64,000 nt of DNA from an uncultured delta proteobacterium (lineage in GTDB: Bacteria; Myxococcota; Myxococcia; Myxococcales; Myxococcaceae), in contig CAVZMH010000016.1 of NCBI GenBank assembly GCA_963776345.1, positions 416,001-480,000 of the forward strand, given 5' to 3'. Positions 1-11,178 of the stretch are shown piece after piece. The notes beneath the pieces were generated by a model that saw nothing but the letters and a program-made list of their open reading frames with translations, had not been told where the DNA came from and did no database searches. Position 1 is the stretch's first letter; each line of letters starts with the position of its first letter. A program made the translations under genes and the position numbers.

Positions 1-594
1 CAGCGCACGGGCGAGCACCACCTTCCGGAGGTGCCCGGTCTCGAAGGCGGCGAGCGCCTCGGAGACCAGCGCGTCCCAGGCCGGGCGATCCTGCGGCCGG
101 ATGCGGAGGGACCGGCCCCGCGCGCCAGCGGTGTCCTCTGCCTGGCGCTCGCTCAGCGTCCGCTGGGCCTCCTGGAGGAGCGCGCCGGCCCGCTCGCGCG
201 CGACGGAGAGTCCGTCGTCCTCCACCCGGACGAAGGCCAGGAGGTGCGCCGAGCGTCCGTCGGTGCCGAGGAGGACCCGGGGCACGAAGGCCCAGGCCGG
301 GGGGAAGGCCTCCCACCACCGGTCGATCGGTGCGGTCGCATCGAAGGCGAAGCCGCCGAACCAGGGGGCCGGCGGGACCGGGCCCGCGTGCTCGACCAGG
401 ACCTCGGACCCGGCGACGGCGTCCAGGAGCGGGCCGTGGCCCGGAGCACGGACGGCGGCGGACACCCCGGTCCCCGACCAGCTCCACGCGCCGTCGGACC
501 AGGAGAGCATCCAGGGTTCCGGAAGGCTGGCGGCGGGCGCGACCGGGGCGCCAATGCCGAGGACCTGCACGCGACGGGGGGTGATTCCTTGCAT
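1..594 (-). CDS. Probable isochorismate synthase (MenF-like), 5' part; runs off the window edge
   Basis: Manual translation from ATG 594 gives MQGITPRRVQ...PAPWFGGFAFDA...WEAFPPAWAFVPRVLL. The FGGFAFD segment is typical of the MenF N-terminal half, and the gene is divergent from DAHP synthase/menG. Not in the ORF track because there is no stop in the window. Confidence 0.55.
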   Translation of the reverse strand, partial: MQGITPRRVQVLGIGAPVAPAASLPEPWMLSWSDGAWSWSGTGVSAAVRAPGHGPLLDAVAGSEVLVEHAGPVPPAPWFGGFAFDATAPIDRWWEAFPPAWAFVPRVLLGTDGRSAHLLAFVRVEDDGLSVARERAGALLQEAQRTLSERQAEDTAGARGRSLRIRPQDRPAWDALVSEALAAFETGHLRKVVLARAL

Positions 595-706
595 GAGGTG
601 ACGCATCGAATGCTGGACGACGATGCGGTTGAGGTTCTACGTCCGGCGGGCTATCCCTGCACGCGGAAGTTCAAGGAGCCTTGAACCCCTTGAATTCCAC
701 AACCCG

Positions 707-1597
707 ATGAGACCCACAAGCCCTGCCGTCGATCCCTCGGTGCCGGCGCGCGTCCTGAGGTCCGCCCGTCCCTCCGGCACCCGGGTCACCGTGGGGCCGG
801 TGGAGATCGGCGGGCCGGCCTTCGTGGTCGCCGCGGGCCCCTGCGCGGTGGAGAGCGCCGCCCAGACCGAGAGCGCGGCCGAGGCGGTGGCCGCATCCGG
901 CGCCCATCTCCTGAGAGGCGGGGCCTACAAGCCCCGGACCAGCCCCTACGCGTTCCAGGGCCTGGGCGATGCGGGCCTGTCCATCCTCGGCCGCTCTGGC
1001 GGGCGGCACGGGCTGCCGGTGGTGGCCGAGGTGCTGGAGACGTCCCAGCTCGCCTCGATGATCGACCACGTGGACGTGCTCCAGATCGGCGCTCGGAACA
1101 TGCAGAACTTCGCGTTGCTCCGGGCGCTGGGGAAGGTGCGGCGGCCGGTGCTCCTCAAGCGCGGCTTCGCGGCGACGGTGGACGAGTGGCTGCTCGCGGC
1201 CGAGTACCTGCTCGACGGCGGCAACACCCAGGTCATCCTCTGCGAGCGCGGCATCCGGACGTTCGAGACGGCGACGCGGAACACGCTCGACCTCGCCTCG
1301 GTGGCGCTGGTGAAGCAGCGGAGCCACCTCCCGGTGCTGGTCGACCCCTCGCACGCGACGGGCCTCCGCGAGCTGGTCATCCCCATGGCGCTGGCCGCGG
1401 CGGCTGCCGGCGCGGACGGGCTCCTGGTCGAGGTGCACGCCCGGCCCGAGGAGGCGCTCTGCGACGGCCGGCAGGCCCTGACGCCGGAGCTGTTCTCCGA
1501 GCTGATGCAGCGGCTTCCCCCGGTGCTCCAGGCCGTGGGGCGCACGCTCCACCGCCGTGTCGCCGCCTCGCCGGCGGTGCGGGCCGTCTCGCCATGA
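707..1597 (+). CDS. aroF: 3-deoxy-7-phosphoheptulonate (DAHP) synthase, type I-beta
   Basis: Motifs [52 protein letters not shown]; start placed at ATG 707. Confidence 0.92.
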   Translation: MRPTSPAVDPSVPARVLRSARPSGTRVTVGPVEIGGPAFVVAAGPCAVESAAQTESAAEAVAASGAHLLRGGAYKPRTSPYAFQGLGDAGLSILGRSGGRHGLPVVAEVLETSQLASMIDHVDVLQIGARNMQNFALLRALGKVRRPVLLKRGFAATVDEWLLAAEYLLDGGNTQVILCERGIRTFETATRNTLDLASVALVKQRSHLPVLVDPSHATGLRELVIPMALAAAAAGADGLLVEVHARPEEALCDGRQALTPELFSELMQRLPPVLQAVGRTLHRRVAASPAVRAVSP

Positions 1598-2277
1598 GCG
1601 AGCAGGTCCGGGAGATGTTCTCGTCGATCGCGACGAGGTACGACGTCGCCAACATCGTCCTCAGCTTCGGCGTGGACCGCTGGTGGCGGCAGGTGACGGT
1701 GAGGACGGCGGGGACCGGGCCGGGCACGCGGGTGCTCGACTGCGCGACGGGCACCGGCGACCTGGCACTGGCCTTCCGCCGGACGGGGGCCGAGGTGGTG
1801 GGGACCGACTTCTGCGCCCCGATGCTCGGCCCGGCGCAGGAGAAGGCGCGGGCCGCCGGGCTGGAGGTGAGGTTCGAGGTGGCGGACGCGATGGCGCTCC
1901 CCTACCCCGACGCGAGCTTCGACGTGGCGTCGATCTCCTTCGGCATCCGCAACGTGGACGACCCGGTGAAGTGTCTCCAGGAAATGGCGCGGGTGGTGAA
2001 GCCGGGAGGCCAGGTGCTGGTGCTGGAGTTCGGCCAGCCGCGCGGGCTCTGGGGAGCGCTGTACCGCTTCTACTCGCGGGTGGTGATGCCGGCCGTCGGC
2101 GGCTTCCTCACGGGCAATCGCGCCGCCTACCAGTATCTCCCACGGACGGCGGCGGCGTTCCCCGCGGGCGAGCGCTTCGTCGAGCTGATGGACCGCGCCG
2201 GCGCGTTCCGCGAGCGGTCGGCGCGGGCCTTCACCGGCGGCATCACCTGGCTGTACCGGGGAGTGGTCGCAGGCTGA
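1594..2277 (+). CDS. ubiE: Ubiquinone/menaquinone biosynthesis C-methyltransferase (UbiE/MenG)
   Basis: [23 protein letters not shown] motifs; ATGA overlap with the aroF stop. Confidence 0.9.
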   Translation: MSEQVREMFSSIATRYDVANIVLSFGVDRWWRQVTVRTAGTGPGTRVLDCATGTGDLALAFRRTGAEVVGTDFCAPMLGPAQEKARAAGLEVRFEVADAMALPYPDASFDVASISFGIRNVDDPVKCLQEMARVVKPGGQVLVLEFGQPRGLWGALYRFYSRVVMPAVGGFLTGNRAAYQYLPRTAAAFPAGERFVELMDRAGAFRERSARAFTGGITWLYRGVVAG

Positions 2278-2393
2278 CCCGGAGTGCGTCCGGAGGTGGG
2301 ACGTCACCGCGCGTCATCGGGATCGAGCGGCGACTGATCCAGACGGGGGCACACCGGGCCGTTAGGGTCCGCGCTCCCTTTTTCCAGGAGCCC

Positions 2394-2954
2394 GTGTTGA
2401 CCCTGTCCCGATCGATTCTTCTCTTCCCCGTGCTGGCGGTGTTCGGATGTGCCACGACCGAGTCGCTGCGCCTGCGAGCGCCGCGGCGACAGCGGCGCCC
2501 TGGCTCGACCGACCGTGCCCGCGGAGATCGCGGCACCGGCGAGCGCGACCCGGTGCTGCAGCTCGCGGCGAGGGAACGCAGAACTACAAGTGCCAGGCGA
2601 CGACCGGCGGTGCCGGAGTGGAAGCTGGTCGCTCCCGAGGCGGACCTCTCCAGCCAGCCGGGAGGAGCGGTGGTCGGGAAGCACGGCGCCGGTCCCTCCT
2701 GGACGCTGAACGACGGAAGCGGCGCCAAGGGTGACGGGCGAACGCGAAGCGGCCGCCGTCACCCGAGGCGGCGCGATTCTCTGGCTGCTCATCCCCGCGA
2801 CCTCGAACGGCCAGCCCGGTGGCCTCCAGGGGTGACGCTCGTCCAGCGCGTCGACACTCACGGCGGCGCCGCTCCCGCGACGGGCTGCGACGCGGCGAGC
2901 GTGGGGGCCGAGACGAAGGTTCCCTACACCGCCACGTACGTCTTCTACCGGTAG
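2394..2954 (+). pseudogene. DUF3455-family secreted/lipoprotein, broken by several frameshifts
   Basis: Fragments in three frames: lipobox-like LAVFGC, PAEIAAP, GTQNYKC, WKLVAPEADL, GKHGAGPSW..DGS, VQRVDTHGGAAPATGC, VPYTATYVFY. Confidence 0.65.
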
Positions 2955-3035
2955 CGCCCGAGCCTCGAGCGGCGGCGGACGAAGAGGGGGTCGAGCACGT
3001 CATCGGCCAGCGTCTCGAGAGCTCCCGGGCGCCCG

Positions 3036-3443
3036 TCACGCGAGCTCGAGCTCGACCCCGTCCTCGGACTCGCGTCCTCCGGGCCCGTGCCGCCGAAAGA
3101 TGGACACGAGCTCGTCGAAGAGGCTCGGCCCTTCCCCACGCCGGGCGGCCTCGAGCCGCTCCCGGAGGGCGGGCACGTTGCTCGGGTGACAGCGGGCGAG
3201 CACGGCTTCCAGGTGCCGCACCATTGCGGACTGACCCAGGCACTCGCGCGAACGCTCAGAGTGGCACCAGCGGATGACGAATCCGCCCTGGGGCGTGCCG
3301 AACCCTCCACGAAGCACGTCGTTCAGAGCGTCGAGGTTGCGACCCCACACCTGGTCCGATGCAACCAACTTCCGAGAGACCTCATCATAGAAGCCCAGGA
3401 GATCGTCGAACGTCCGTCCGTCGATCTCGATGACCGGCTTCAC
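3036..3443 (-). CDS. Barstar-family protein
   Basis: IDGRTFDDLLGFYDEV...WGRNLDALNDVLRGGFG matches the barstar GxNLDALxD signature. Confidence 0.8.
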   Translation of the reverse strand: MKPVIEIDGRTFDDLLGFYDEVSRKLVASDQVWGRNLDALNDVLRGGFGTPQGGFVIRWCHSERSRECLGQSAMVRHLEAVLARCHPSNVPALRERLEAARRGEGPSLFDELVSIFRRHGPGGRESEDGVELELA

Positions 3444-3447
3444 ACGC

Positions 3448-4101
3448 TCAGAGCCGTGACGTCTCGAAGTCGTAGATCTTGTCCACCGCGATCTGCCGGT
3501 ACCGCTCCGCCTTCAGCGCGCGCTTCGCCGCCTCCCACGTCAGCTGGACCGGCGGCGCGTCGGGCATGACCTTCTTCCGGCGCTTCACTTCCTTCTTGAT
3601 CGCCTTCACCGCCTCGCGGGGGTGGAAGCAGAACGCCGCGCTGAACACCAGCGCCCCGTCGAAGGGGATCAGCCGCGCCTCGATGACGTCGCCCTTCTCC
3701 AGGCCCACGGTGTGCCGGCGCTCGGTGACCTCGAACTCCTTGCCGCCGAAGAGCTCGCGCAGCCGCACGATGCCCGGCTTGATCTTCCGGACCTCGAAGA
3801 GCCCGTGCACCGTCTCGGTGAAGCTCCGGAACGCCGTCAGCTCGGCCGCGTCGCCCGCGGCCGCATTGGCCTCGAAGACCTCCTCCGCCGGGGTGCGGCC
3901 GCTCTCCGGCCGCTTCCGGTCGAAGAGGTAGTAGTCGAGGAACGACGCCATCCTCATCTCGAACTGCTTGTCGTCCTCGAAGACCTCGCCGGTCCGCTGG
4001 AAGTACTCGGCCTTCGCGGCGAGGAGATCCGGCTTGCGCTCCTCGGTGCTGGCGTGCGCGATGAGCTGGTCCAGGTACGGCTGGTAGGGCAATGGATGCA
4101 T
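3448..4101 (-). CDS. Hypothetical protein
   Basis: Clean ORF with GC3-biased codons and globular composition, directly downstream of carA. Confidence 0.75.
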   Translation of the reverse strand: MHPLPYQPYLDQLIAHASTEERKPDLLAAKAEYFQRTGEVFEDDKQFEMRMASFLDYYLFDRKRPESGRTPAEEVFEANAAAGDAAELTAFRSFTETVHGLFEVRKIKPGIVRLRELFGGKEFEVTERRHTVGLEKGDVIEARLIPFDGALVFSAAFCFHPREAVKAIKKEVKRRKKVMPDAPPVQLTWEAAKRALKAERYRQIAVDKIYDFETSRL

Positions 4102-4120
4102 CCGGAGTGGGGGCCCGATC

Positions 4121-5233
4121 TTAGCGCGCCATCGCCTGGGTGAAGCGGGCGAACAGATGGCGCGCGTCATGCGGACCCGGGCTCGACTCGGGGTGGTACT
4201 GGACGCTGAAGGCGCGCGCGTCGGGGATCTCCAGCCCCTCCACGGTGTGGTCGTTGAGGTTCACGTGGGTGACGTTCGCCTTTCCCTTGACCGAGGCCTC
4301 GTCCACCGCGAACCCGTGGTTCTGGGCGGTGATCTCCACCTTCCCGGTGAGGAGGTCCTTCACCGGCTGGTTCGCCCCCCGGTGCCCGAACTTCATCTTG
4401 TAGGTGGTGCCGCCGATGGCCCGGGCGAGGATCTGGTGCCCGAGGCAGATGCCGAACACCGGCACCTTGCCCAGGAGCGTGGCCACCGCGCGGTCCGCCC
4501 CGGCGACGGCCGCCGGATCTCCGGGGCCGTTGGTGAGGAACACGCCGCTGGGCCGCTTGGCCAGGACCTCCTCCACGGGCGTGGCCGCGGGGACGACGGT
4601 GACCCGGCACCCCGCGTCGACCAGCAGCTGGATCATCGCCTTCTTCAGGCCGTAGTCGTAGGCCACCACCTCGAAGCGGAGCTGGGGCGGGGGCCGGGCC
4701 GGGGCGAACACCGAGGGGCTGGGCTCGGTGGAGACGTAGGGCTTCCGGGTGCTGATGCCGGACACCAGATCTTGCCCCTCCATGCCGGGGGCGCGACGTG
4801 CCCGCTCGACCAGGGCGGCGGGCGAGTGCCCCTCGCTGGAGATGACGCCCATCTGGGCGCCGCGGGTCCGGATGTGCCGGACCAGCTTCCGGGTGTCGAT
4901 GCCCTGCAGACCCACCACGCCGTGGCGCCTCAGGTATGCGTCGAGCGTCTCCACGGCCCGCCAGTTGCTCGCGGCCTCGGAGACGGAGCGGACGACCATT
5001 CCCACGGCGTGGGGCCGGGCGCTCTCGTCGTCCACCGGGTTGGCGCCGACGTTCCCCATCTCCGGCGCGGCCATGGTGACGACCTGGCCAACGTAGGACG
5101 GGTCGGTGAGGATCTCCTGGTAGCCGCTCATCGAGGTGTTGAAGACCACCTCGCCCACCGTCTCGCCGGTGGCGCCGAACGCCTGTCCCTCGAACGTCGT
5201 CCCGTCTGCCAGAGCCAGAATGGCTCGCTTCAT
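4121..5233 (-). CDS. carA: Carbamoyl-phosphate synthase small subunit
   Basis: [47 protein letters not shown]. Confidence 0.97.
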   Translation of the reverse strand: MKRAILALADGTTFEGQAFGATGETVGEVVFNTSMSGYQEILTDPSYVGQVVTMAAPEMGNVGANPVDDESARPHAVGMVVRSVSEAASNWRAVETLDAYLRRHGVVGLQGIDTRKLVRHIRTRGAQMGVISSEGHSPAALVERARRAPGMEGQDLVSGISTRKPYVSTEPSPSVFAPARPPPQLRFEVVAYDYGLKKAMIQLLVDAGCRVTVVPAATPVEEVLAKRPSGVFLTNGPGDPAAVAGADRAVATLLGKVPVFGICLGHQILARAIGGTTYKMKFGHRGANQPVKDLLTGKVEITAQNHGFAVDEASVKGKANVTHVNLNDHTVEGLEIPDARAFSVQYHPESSPGPHDARHLFARFTQAMAR

Positions 5234-6522
5234 CGTCTCTCCTCGAGGGGCCACACCGTCCGGCCTCCCACCACGGTCCGCACCACCCGCCCGGTGACCT
5301 TTCTACCCTCGTACGGGGTGTTCCGGCTCTTGGACTGGAATCGTGCCGCCTCGATCGTCCACTCGGCGGAGGGGTCCACCAGCGTGACATCCGCGGGCGC
5401 GCCGGAGGCAAGGTGCCCGCCCGGGAGCCCGAAGGCCGCGGCCGGGCCCGAGGTGAGCAGCTCGATGGCCCGGACCGGCGAGAGCACCCCGGCGCGGACC
5501 AGCTCCAGGGTCAAGGGCAGCGCGGTCTCCAGACCGATGACCCCGTTGGCCGCCTCGGCGTACGGGACCTGCTTGTCCATGACGCCGTGGGGGGCGTGGT
5601 CGGTGGCGATGGCGTCGATGGTTCCGTCGGCCAGGCCCTCGCGGACCGCGGCGACGTCCTCGGGGTGGCGCAGCGGCGGGTTCATCTTGGCGTGGGTGTT
5701 CCAGCCCTCCACCGCCTCGTCGGTCAGGGTGAAGTGGTGCGGGGCCGCCTCGGCGGTGACGCGGAGCCCCCGCCGCTTCGCCTCGCGGAGGAGACCGACG
5801 CTGGCCGCGCAGCTCACGTGGGCCACGTGCAACCGGCCACCGACCTCCTCGAGCAGGACCAGGTCCCGGGCCACCATCACCACCTCGGCCGAGCGCGGAA
5901 TCGGAAGCAGACCCATCCGCGTCGCCCGCGGGCCCTCGGTGAGCGCCCCGCCCGCGGAGAGCGTCAGGTCCTCCTCGTGGACCATGACCGGGAGCCCGAG
6001 CGGGGCGGTGTAGACCAACACCCGGCGCATGAGGCTGGCGCTCATCACCGGCCGGCCGTCATCGGTCACCGCCACGCAGCCGGCGTCCACCAGCGCGCCG
6101 ATCTCCGCCATCTCCTCGCCCTGGAGACCCTTGCTGATCGCACCCACCGGGTAGACGCGCGCCAGCTTCGCCTCCTGGGCGCGCTGGCGGATGAGACCGG
6201 TGACGAGCGCCGAGTCGTTGACCGGTCTGGTGTTCGGCATCGCGACCACCGAGGTGAAGCCGCCGGCGACGGCCGCCCGACACCCCGTGAGGATGGTCTC
6301 CTTCCCCTCCTCGCCTGGCTCGCGGAGGTGCACGTGCAGGTCGACGAAGCCGGGGGTCACCCAGAGCCCCTGCGCCTGGACCTCCTCGGCCCCGTCGAGC
6401 GGGAGCGGCCGCTCGGAGACCGCGGCGACCTTCCCGGCTTCCAGCCGCACGTCGCGCACGCCGTCGACGCGGTTCCGCGGGTCGATGACCCGGCCGCCCC
6501 GGATGAGCAGCGCCCCGCTCAT
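5230..6522 (-). CDS. pyrC: Dihydroorotase
   Basis: [43 protein letters not shown] 6522 overlaps the pyrB stop. Confidence 0.95.
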   Translation of the reverse strand: MSGALLIRGGRVIDPRNRVDGVRDVRLEAGKVAAVSERPLPLDGAEEVQAQGLWVTPGFVDLHVHLREPGEEGKETILTGCRAAVAGGFTSVVAMPNTRPVNDSALVTGLIRQRAQEAKLARVYPVGAISKGLQGEEMAEIGALVDAGCVAVTDDGRPVMSASLMRRVLVYTAPLGLPVMVHEEDLTLSAGGALTEGPRATRMGLLPIPRSAEVVMVARDLVLLEEVGGRLHVAHVSCAASVGLLREAKRRGLRVTAEAAPHHFTLTDEAVEGWNTHAKMNPPLRHPEDVAAVREGLADGTIDAIATDHAPHGVMDKQVPYAEAANGVIGLETALPLTLELVRAGVLSPVRAIELLTSGPAAAFGLPGGHLASGAPADVTLVDPSAEWTIEAARFQSKSRNTPYEGRKVTGRVVRTVVGGRTVWPLEERR

Positions 6523-7431
6523 CCGCAGGCCTCCAGGATCGCCATCCGCACCGCCACTCCGTTCGCCACCTGCTCGAGGATGACGTTCGCCGGGCCGTCC
6601 GCCACCTCGGGCGCGAGCTCCACGCCCCGGTTCACCGGCCCGGGGTGCATCACCACCGCGCCGGGCTTGAGCGCCCGGACCCGCCCCAGCGTGAGGCCGA
6701 ACGCCGTCGCGTACTCGCGCGAGGTGGGGAACATGGACTCTCTTCTGTCTCTCGAGCTGCACCCGGAGCATCATCACCGCGTCCGCCTCCTCGAGCGCCG
6801 CGTCGATGGAGGGGAGCACCTGGGCGCCGAGCGCCTCCAGCCCGACCGGGACCAGCGTGGGGGGACCGGCCACCACCACCCGCGCCCCGAGCGTGGTGAG
6901 GCAGTACAGGTTGCTCCTCGCCACCCGGCTGTGCAGGACGTCGCCCACGATGGCCACGGTTTTGCCCTCCAGCGTGCCCCAGCGCTCGTGGAGGGTGAAG
7001 GCATCGAGCAGCGCCTGCGAGGGGTGGGCGTGGGTGCCGTCGCCGGCGTTCACCACCGAGCAGCGGACGTGCCGGGAGACCAGGTGCGCCGCCCCGGAGG
7101 CGGGGTGGCGGAGGACGATGGTGCTCGCCCCGAGCGCCTCCACGTTCCGCACCGTGTCCACCAGCGACTCGCCCTTGGAGACGCTGGAGGTGGCGGCGTT
7201 GAAGTTGAGGACGTCGGCCCCGAGCGCTTTCGCCGCCCGCTCGAACGACAGCCGGGTCCGGGTGCTGTTCTCGAAGAAGAGGTTGGCCACCACCCGGCCG
7301 GCGAGCGACCGGAGCGGGGTCCCCGCCCGGAGCCCGCGGGCGTGGAGCCGGGCGCGCCCGAAGAGCAGCTCGATGTCGTGGCGGGGCATGCCCTCGGTCG
7401 ACAGGAGATTCCGCGGCGAGAACGGGTTCAC
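6519..7431 (-). CDS. pyrB: Aspartate carbamoyltransferase catalytic subunit, with a one-base frameshift near 6741 (probable sequencing error)
   Basis: FFENSTRTRLSFE, NAGDGTHAHPSQALLD, GDVLHSRVARS in one frame; MHPGPVNRGVE...QVANGVAVRMA in the adjacent frame. Confidence 0.92.
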
Positions 7432-7851
7432 CTGACCCGTCCCTCGCGGGTGGTGTGGAAGCGGAGCGTCCAGTAACGGTTCAGGGGCTTCAGCCTGACC
7501 GTCCGGGCGTAGTCCACGGTCACCCGGCCCGACTTTCCGTCCGCGCCGCGCTCGATCTGCACGTCGTCCGGCTCCAGGCCGAGCCCCGGGGACCTCGATC
7601 TGCTTGCCGTCCTGCTCCTCCCAGTGGCTGCCCACCCTGGAGAGGCGCAAGGCGACCATCTTCTGGATTCCCGCTGCATCCAGGGACGAATTCTCCGCGG
7701 TGAGCTGACCCACGCCCGCCGCGAGCGCCTCACGGACGTCGAGGTCGTCGAGCCAGAGCGGAACGTAGATCCAGGCCAGGTAGGCTCCGGAAACGACGGC
7801 GACGAGCAGGGTCAGGCTGACCAGATTCACCGCGCCGCGGAGCCGTCGCAC
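7428..7851 (-). CDS. Small bitopic membrane protein (DUF4845-like) downstream of lepB; frameshift in a G/C run near 7587
   Basis: N-terminal hydrophobic helix (GAVNLVSLTLLVAVVSGAYLAWIYVPLW); removing one G joins it to ...VQIER...VTVDYARTV...LRF. Confidence 0.55.
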
Positions 7852-7935
7852 GAGCCCGTCGGATACGCTGCCTGCCCCCCGCCGTCAATGGCCGCCCTCC
7901 ACGGCCCGGGAGGGCTGGACGCGCCGCATCGGGCC

Positions 7936-8048
7936 AGCCCCCACACCAGGGGGACGCCTGCGGAAGCGCGCCGGAGCGCGCCAGCGAGCCCCCCACACCG
8001 GGGGGACGCCTGCGGAAGCGCGCGGGAGCGCGCCAGCGATCGGGCTCA
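7936..8048. repeat. Two tandem ~52-bp REP-like palindromic units
   Basis: AGCCCCC(C)ACACC(A/G)GGGGGACGCCTGCGGAAGCGCGC-N4-GCGCGCCAGCG twice; related copy at 54060-54146. Confidence 0.8.
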
Positions 8049-9281
8049 GCGGACCTGGCGGAAGAAGCGCTCGGCCCGGAGGCCGGTGCCTCCCGTGAGG
8101 TCGGAGAGCAGCCCACCGTGGGAGAGCGACAGCCAGATGATCATCGCCTTCCCCTTGATGTTCCCGTAGGGGACGAAGACCACCTTCGGCTCGAGCCCCC
8201 CGCCGCCCAGGCCGTAGCGGCTGTCCGAGCTGTTGTCCCGGTTGTCCCCCATGACGAAGACCGAATGGGGAGGCACCACGTACTCGCCCGGAGGCTCGTC
8301 CGGACGGGGGGGCTCGGTGTGCAGGATCTCGTGGTCGCGGGTGCCGAGCCGCTCGGTCCAGAGGTCCAGGCGCTCCTTCCTCCAGGGCGAGCCGTCGTTG
8401 CTCTCCCAGACGTCGAGCTTGCGCTGCACCAGCTGTCCCGGGAGCACGTGCCCGTTCAGGTACACCGCGCCGTCGCGGAACCGGAGGACGTCTCCGGGGA
8501 TTCCCACCACCCGCTTGATGAAATCCTGCTTGGTGACCGGGTTCTCGAAGACGATCACGTCGCCCCGGTCCGGGCGGCGGACGATGGGGAACGGGACCAC
8601 GTTGGCGTAGGGGATGCGCACCCCGTAGATGAACTTGTTGACGAAGATCTGATCGCCCACCTGCAACGTGGGGAGCATCGAGGCGCTGGGGATCCGGAAC
8701 GGCTCGACGAAGATGGTGCGGATGAGGAGCGCCACCGCCAGCGCCTTGGCCAGCCCGATGCCGATGGCCAGGGCGTTCTGCTTCCGGAAGGCCGGGACCA
8801 GGCGCGTCGCCTGGTCCGACAGGGCGCGGATCTCCCGCTCCAGCTGCGCGGAGTCGCCGGCCGCGGTCGCCGCGTCCACCCTGGCCGCGAGGTCCACCAG
8901 CCGGTCGCGGGCGCCCGGGTCGTGCACGCTCGACAGCCCGGCCGAGAGCTCGGAGGTGAGCTCGCGCGCATCGTGCCGGAGCCGCCGGGCCTCGTTGCCC
9001 TTCCGGTCCGCCAGCCTCCAGACCAGGAGGCCCACGAACCAGGCCACCATCAGGAGCCCGAACCGCTGCATGACCGGGAGGGCCCCGGGGGCCGTGGAGG
9101 GGAACGACTCGATGAGGATCAGGTACGGGATGAGGGAGAGCGCCAGCACCGTGATCGGCGACCAGAGGCTGGTCCCGAGGTCGAACCAGTGCAGGCGCCG
9201 GCGGCGCGCGGCCTGCTCGGCGGTGCGGCGGGCCCCCAGCTCCGTCTCGAGAGGCGGGCGTTCCTGGACGCTGGTGGCCAT
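8046..9281 (-). CDS. lepB: Signal peptidase I with extended membrane N-terminus
   Basis: FRIPSASMLPTL, DFIKRVVG, MGDNRDNSSDSR; follows lepA. Confidence 0.95.
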   Translation of the reverse strand: MATSVQERPPLETELGARRTAEQAARRRRLHWFDLGTSLWSPITVLALSLIPYLILIESFPSTAPGALPVMQRFGLLMVAWFVGLLVWRLADRKGNEARRLRHDARELTSELSAGLSSVHDPGARDRLVDLAARVDAATAAGDSAQLEREIRALSDQATRLVPAFRKQNALAIGIGLAKALAVALLIRTIFVEPFRIPSASMLPTLQVGDQIFVNKFIYGVRIPYANVVPFPIVRRPDRGDVIVFENPVTKQDFIKRVVGIPGDVLRFRDGAVYLNGHVLPGQLVQRKLDVWESNDGSPWRKERLDLWTERLGTRDHEILHTEPPRPDEPPGEYVVPPHSVFVMGDNRDNSSDSRYGLGGGGLEPKVVFVPYGNIKGKAMIIWLSLSHGGLLSDLTGGTGLRAERFFRQVR

Positions 9282-9283
9282 GC

Positions 9284-11095
9284 CTAGCCTTCCGTCTTCA
9301 GCACCGCGAGGAAGGCCTCCTGCGGGATCTCCACCGAGCCCACCTGCTTCATCCGCTTCTTACCCTCCTTCTGCTTCTCCAGGAGCTTGCGCTTCCGGCT
9401 GATGTCGCCACCGTAGCACTTGGCCAGCACGTTCTTGCGCATGGCGGAGATGGTCTCCCGGGCGATGACCCGGCTGCCGATCGCCGCCTGGATGGCCACC
9501 TCGTACATCTGTTTGGGGATGACCTCCTTCAGCCGCGCGCACACGTCGCGCCCGCGCTGGTAGGCGCGATCGCGGTGCACGATGATGCTGAGGGCGTCCA
9601 CCGGGTCTCCGTTGATCAGCACGTCGAGCTTGACCAGGTCCGAGGTCTGGTAGCCGGCGAGCTCGTAGTCGAGGCTGGCGTAGCCCCGACTGACGCTCTT
9701 CAGCTTGTCGAAGAAGTCGAACACCACCTCGGACAGCGGCATTCCATAGGTCACCTGGACCCGCTTGCCCGAGCTGCCCAGGTACTTGATGTCCTTCTGC
9801 ACCCCACGCCGGTCCTGGCAGAGCTTGAGGATGGCGCCGAGGTACTCGTCCGGCACGTGGATGTGGCAGGTGAGGACCGGCTCCTCCATGTGCTCGATGT
9901 GCTGGGCGGCCGGGAGCTTGGCCGGGTTGTCCACCAGGAACTCCTCCCCCTTCACCGGGAAGACCTTGTAGACCACCGAGGGCGCGGTGGTGATGAGGCT
10001 CAGGCCGTACTCGCGCTCCAGCCGCTCCTGGACGATCTCCATGTGGAGCAGGCCGAGGTAGCCGCAGCGGAACCCGAAGCCGAGCGCGGTCGAGGTCTCG
10101 GGCTCGTAGGTGAAGGCGGAGTCGTTGAGCTGCAGCTTCTCCAGCGCGTCGCGGAGGTTCTCGTAGTCCGCCGAGTCGATGGGAAAGACGCCGCTGAATA
10201 CCATCGGCTTCACTTCCTGGAAGCCGGGGAACGCCTCGGCGGTGGGCCGCGCCGCCTCGGTGACGGTGTCGCCCACCTTGGCGTCGTGGATCTCCTTCAC
10301 GTTGGCGACCAGGATGCCCACCTCGCCGGCGATGAGGCGCGCCACCGGGCGGCTGAACGGGGAGTAGACCCCGAGCTCCTGCACCTCGAAGCGCTTGCCG
10401 TTCGCCATGAGGAGGATCTGCTGCTTCAGCTCCAGCGTCCCCTCGAGCACGCGGACCAGCACCACCACCCCTCGGTAGCTGTCGTACCAGCTGTCGAAGA
10501 TCAGGGCCTTGAGCGGCGCGGCCGGGTCGCCCTTCGGCGGCGGGACGCGGCTCACCACCGCCTCGAGGATCTCCTCGATCCCGATGCCCTCCTTGGCCGA
10601 GGCCGGGACGGCGGTGGAGGCGTCGATGCCGATGACGTCCTCGATCTCCGCGCGGGTCCTCGCCACGTCGGCCGAGGGGAGGTCGATCTTGTTGATGACC
10701 GGGATGACCTCCAGATTCTGGTCCAGGGCCATGTACACGTTGGCCAGGGTCTGGGCCTCCACGCCCTGCGAGGCGTCCACCACCAGGAGCGCCCCCTCGC
10801 ACGCGGCCAGCGAACGGCTGACCTCGTAGGCGAAGTCCACGTGGCCGGGCGTGTCGATGAGGTTCAGGACGTAGTCCTTCCCGTCCTTCGCCCGGTAGTG
10901 CATCCGGACCGACTGGGCCTTGATGGTGATGCCCCGCTCGCGCTCCAGCTCCATGTTGTCCAGGAACTGGGCCTGCGCCTCCCGCTGGCTCACCGTCCCG
11001 GTCCGGTCGAGCAGGCGGTCGGCCAGCGTCGACTTGCCGTGATCGATGTGGGCGATGATGCAGAAGTTGCGGAGGTGGGCGTTCTCGGCCGGCAT
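9284..11095 (-). CDS. lepA: Elongation factor 4 (LepA)
   Basis: [52 protein letters not shown]. Confidence 0.98.
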   Translation of the reverse strand: MPAENAHLRNFCIIAHIDHGKSTLADRLLDRTGTVSQREAQAQFLDNMELERERGITIKAQSVRMHYRAKDGKDYVLNLIDTPGHVDFAYEVSRSLAACEGALLVVDASQGVEAQTLANVYMALDQNLEVIPVINKIDLPSADVARTRAEIEDVIGIDASTAVPASAKEGIGIEEILEAVVSRVPPPKGDPAAPLKALIFDSWYDSYRGVVVLVRVLEGTLELKQQILLMANGKRFEVQELGVYSPFSRPVARLIAGEVGILVANVKEIHDAKVGDTVTEAARPTAEAFPGFQEVKPMVFSGVFPIDSADYENLRDALEKLQLNDSAFTYEPETSTALGFGFRCGYLGLLHMEIVQERLEREYGLSLITTAPSVVYKVFPVKGEEFLVDNPAKLPAAQHIEHMEEPVLTCHIHVPDEYLGAILKLCQDRRGVQKDIKYLGSSGKRVQVTYGMPLSEVVFDFFDKLKSVSRGYASLDYELAGYQTSDLVKLDVLINGDPVDALSIIVHRDRAYQRGRDVCARLKEVIPKQMYEVAIQAAIGSRVIARETISAMRKNVLAKCYGGDISRKRKLLEKQKEGKKRMKQVGSVEIPQEAFLAVLKTEG

Positions 11096-11178
11096 GCGAG
11101 GGTCTCGTGACGTCGCGGCGGCTCCCTAACACCCCGGGGAGCCAGGGCGCCACCGCCCCCCGGACCGCCGGCCGCGCC

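Noticed and set aside
5230..7851. 873-aa ORF that looks like a membrane protein-PyrB-PyrC fusion
   Set aside because: Artefact of two frameshifts joining three separate genes; each has its own start and overlapping stop, and the linking stretches are off-frame sequence.
7936..8048. Possible mini-CRISPR array
   Set aside because: Units are directly tandem with no unique spacers, and there are no cas genes in the window.
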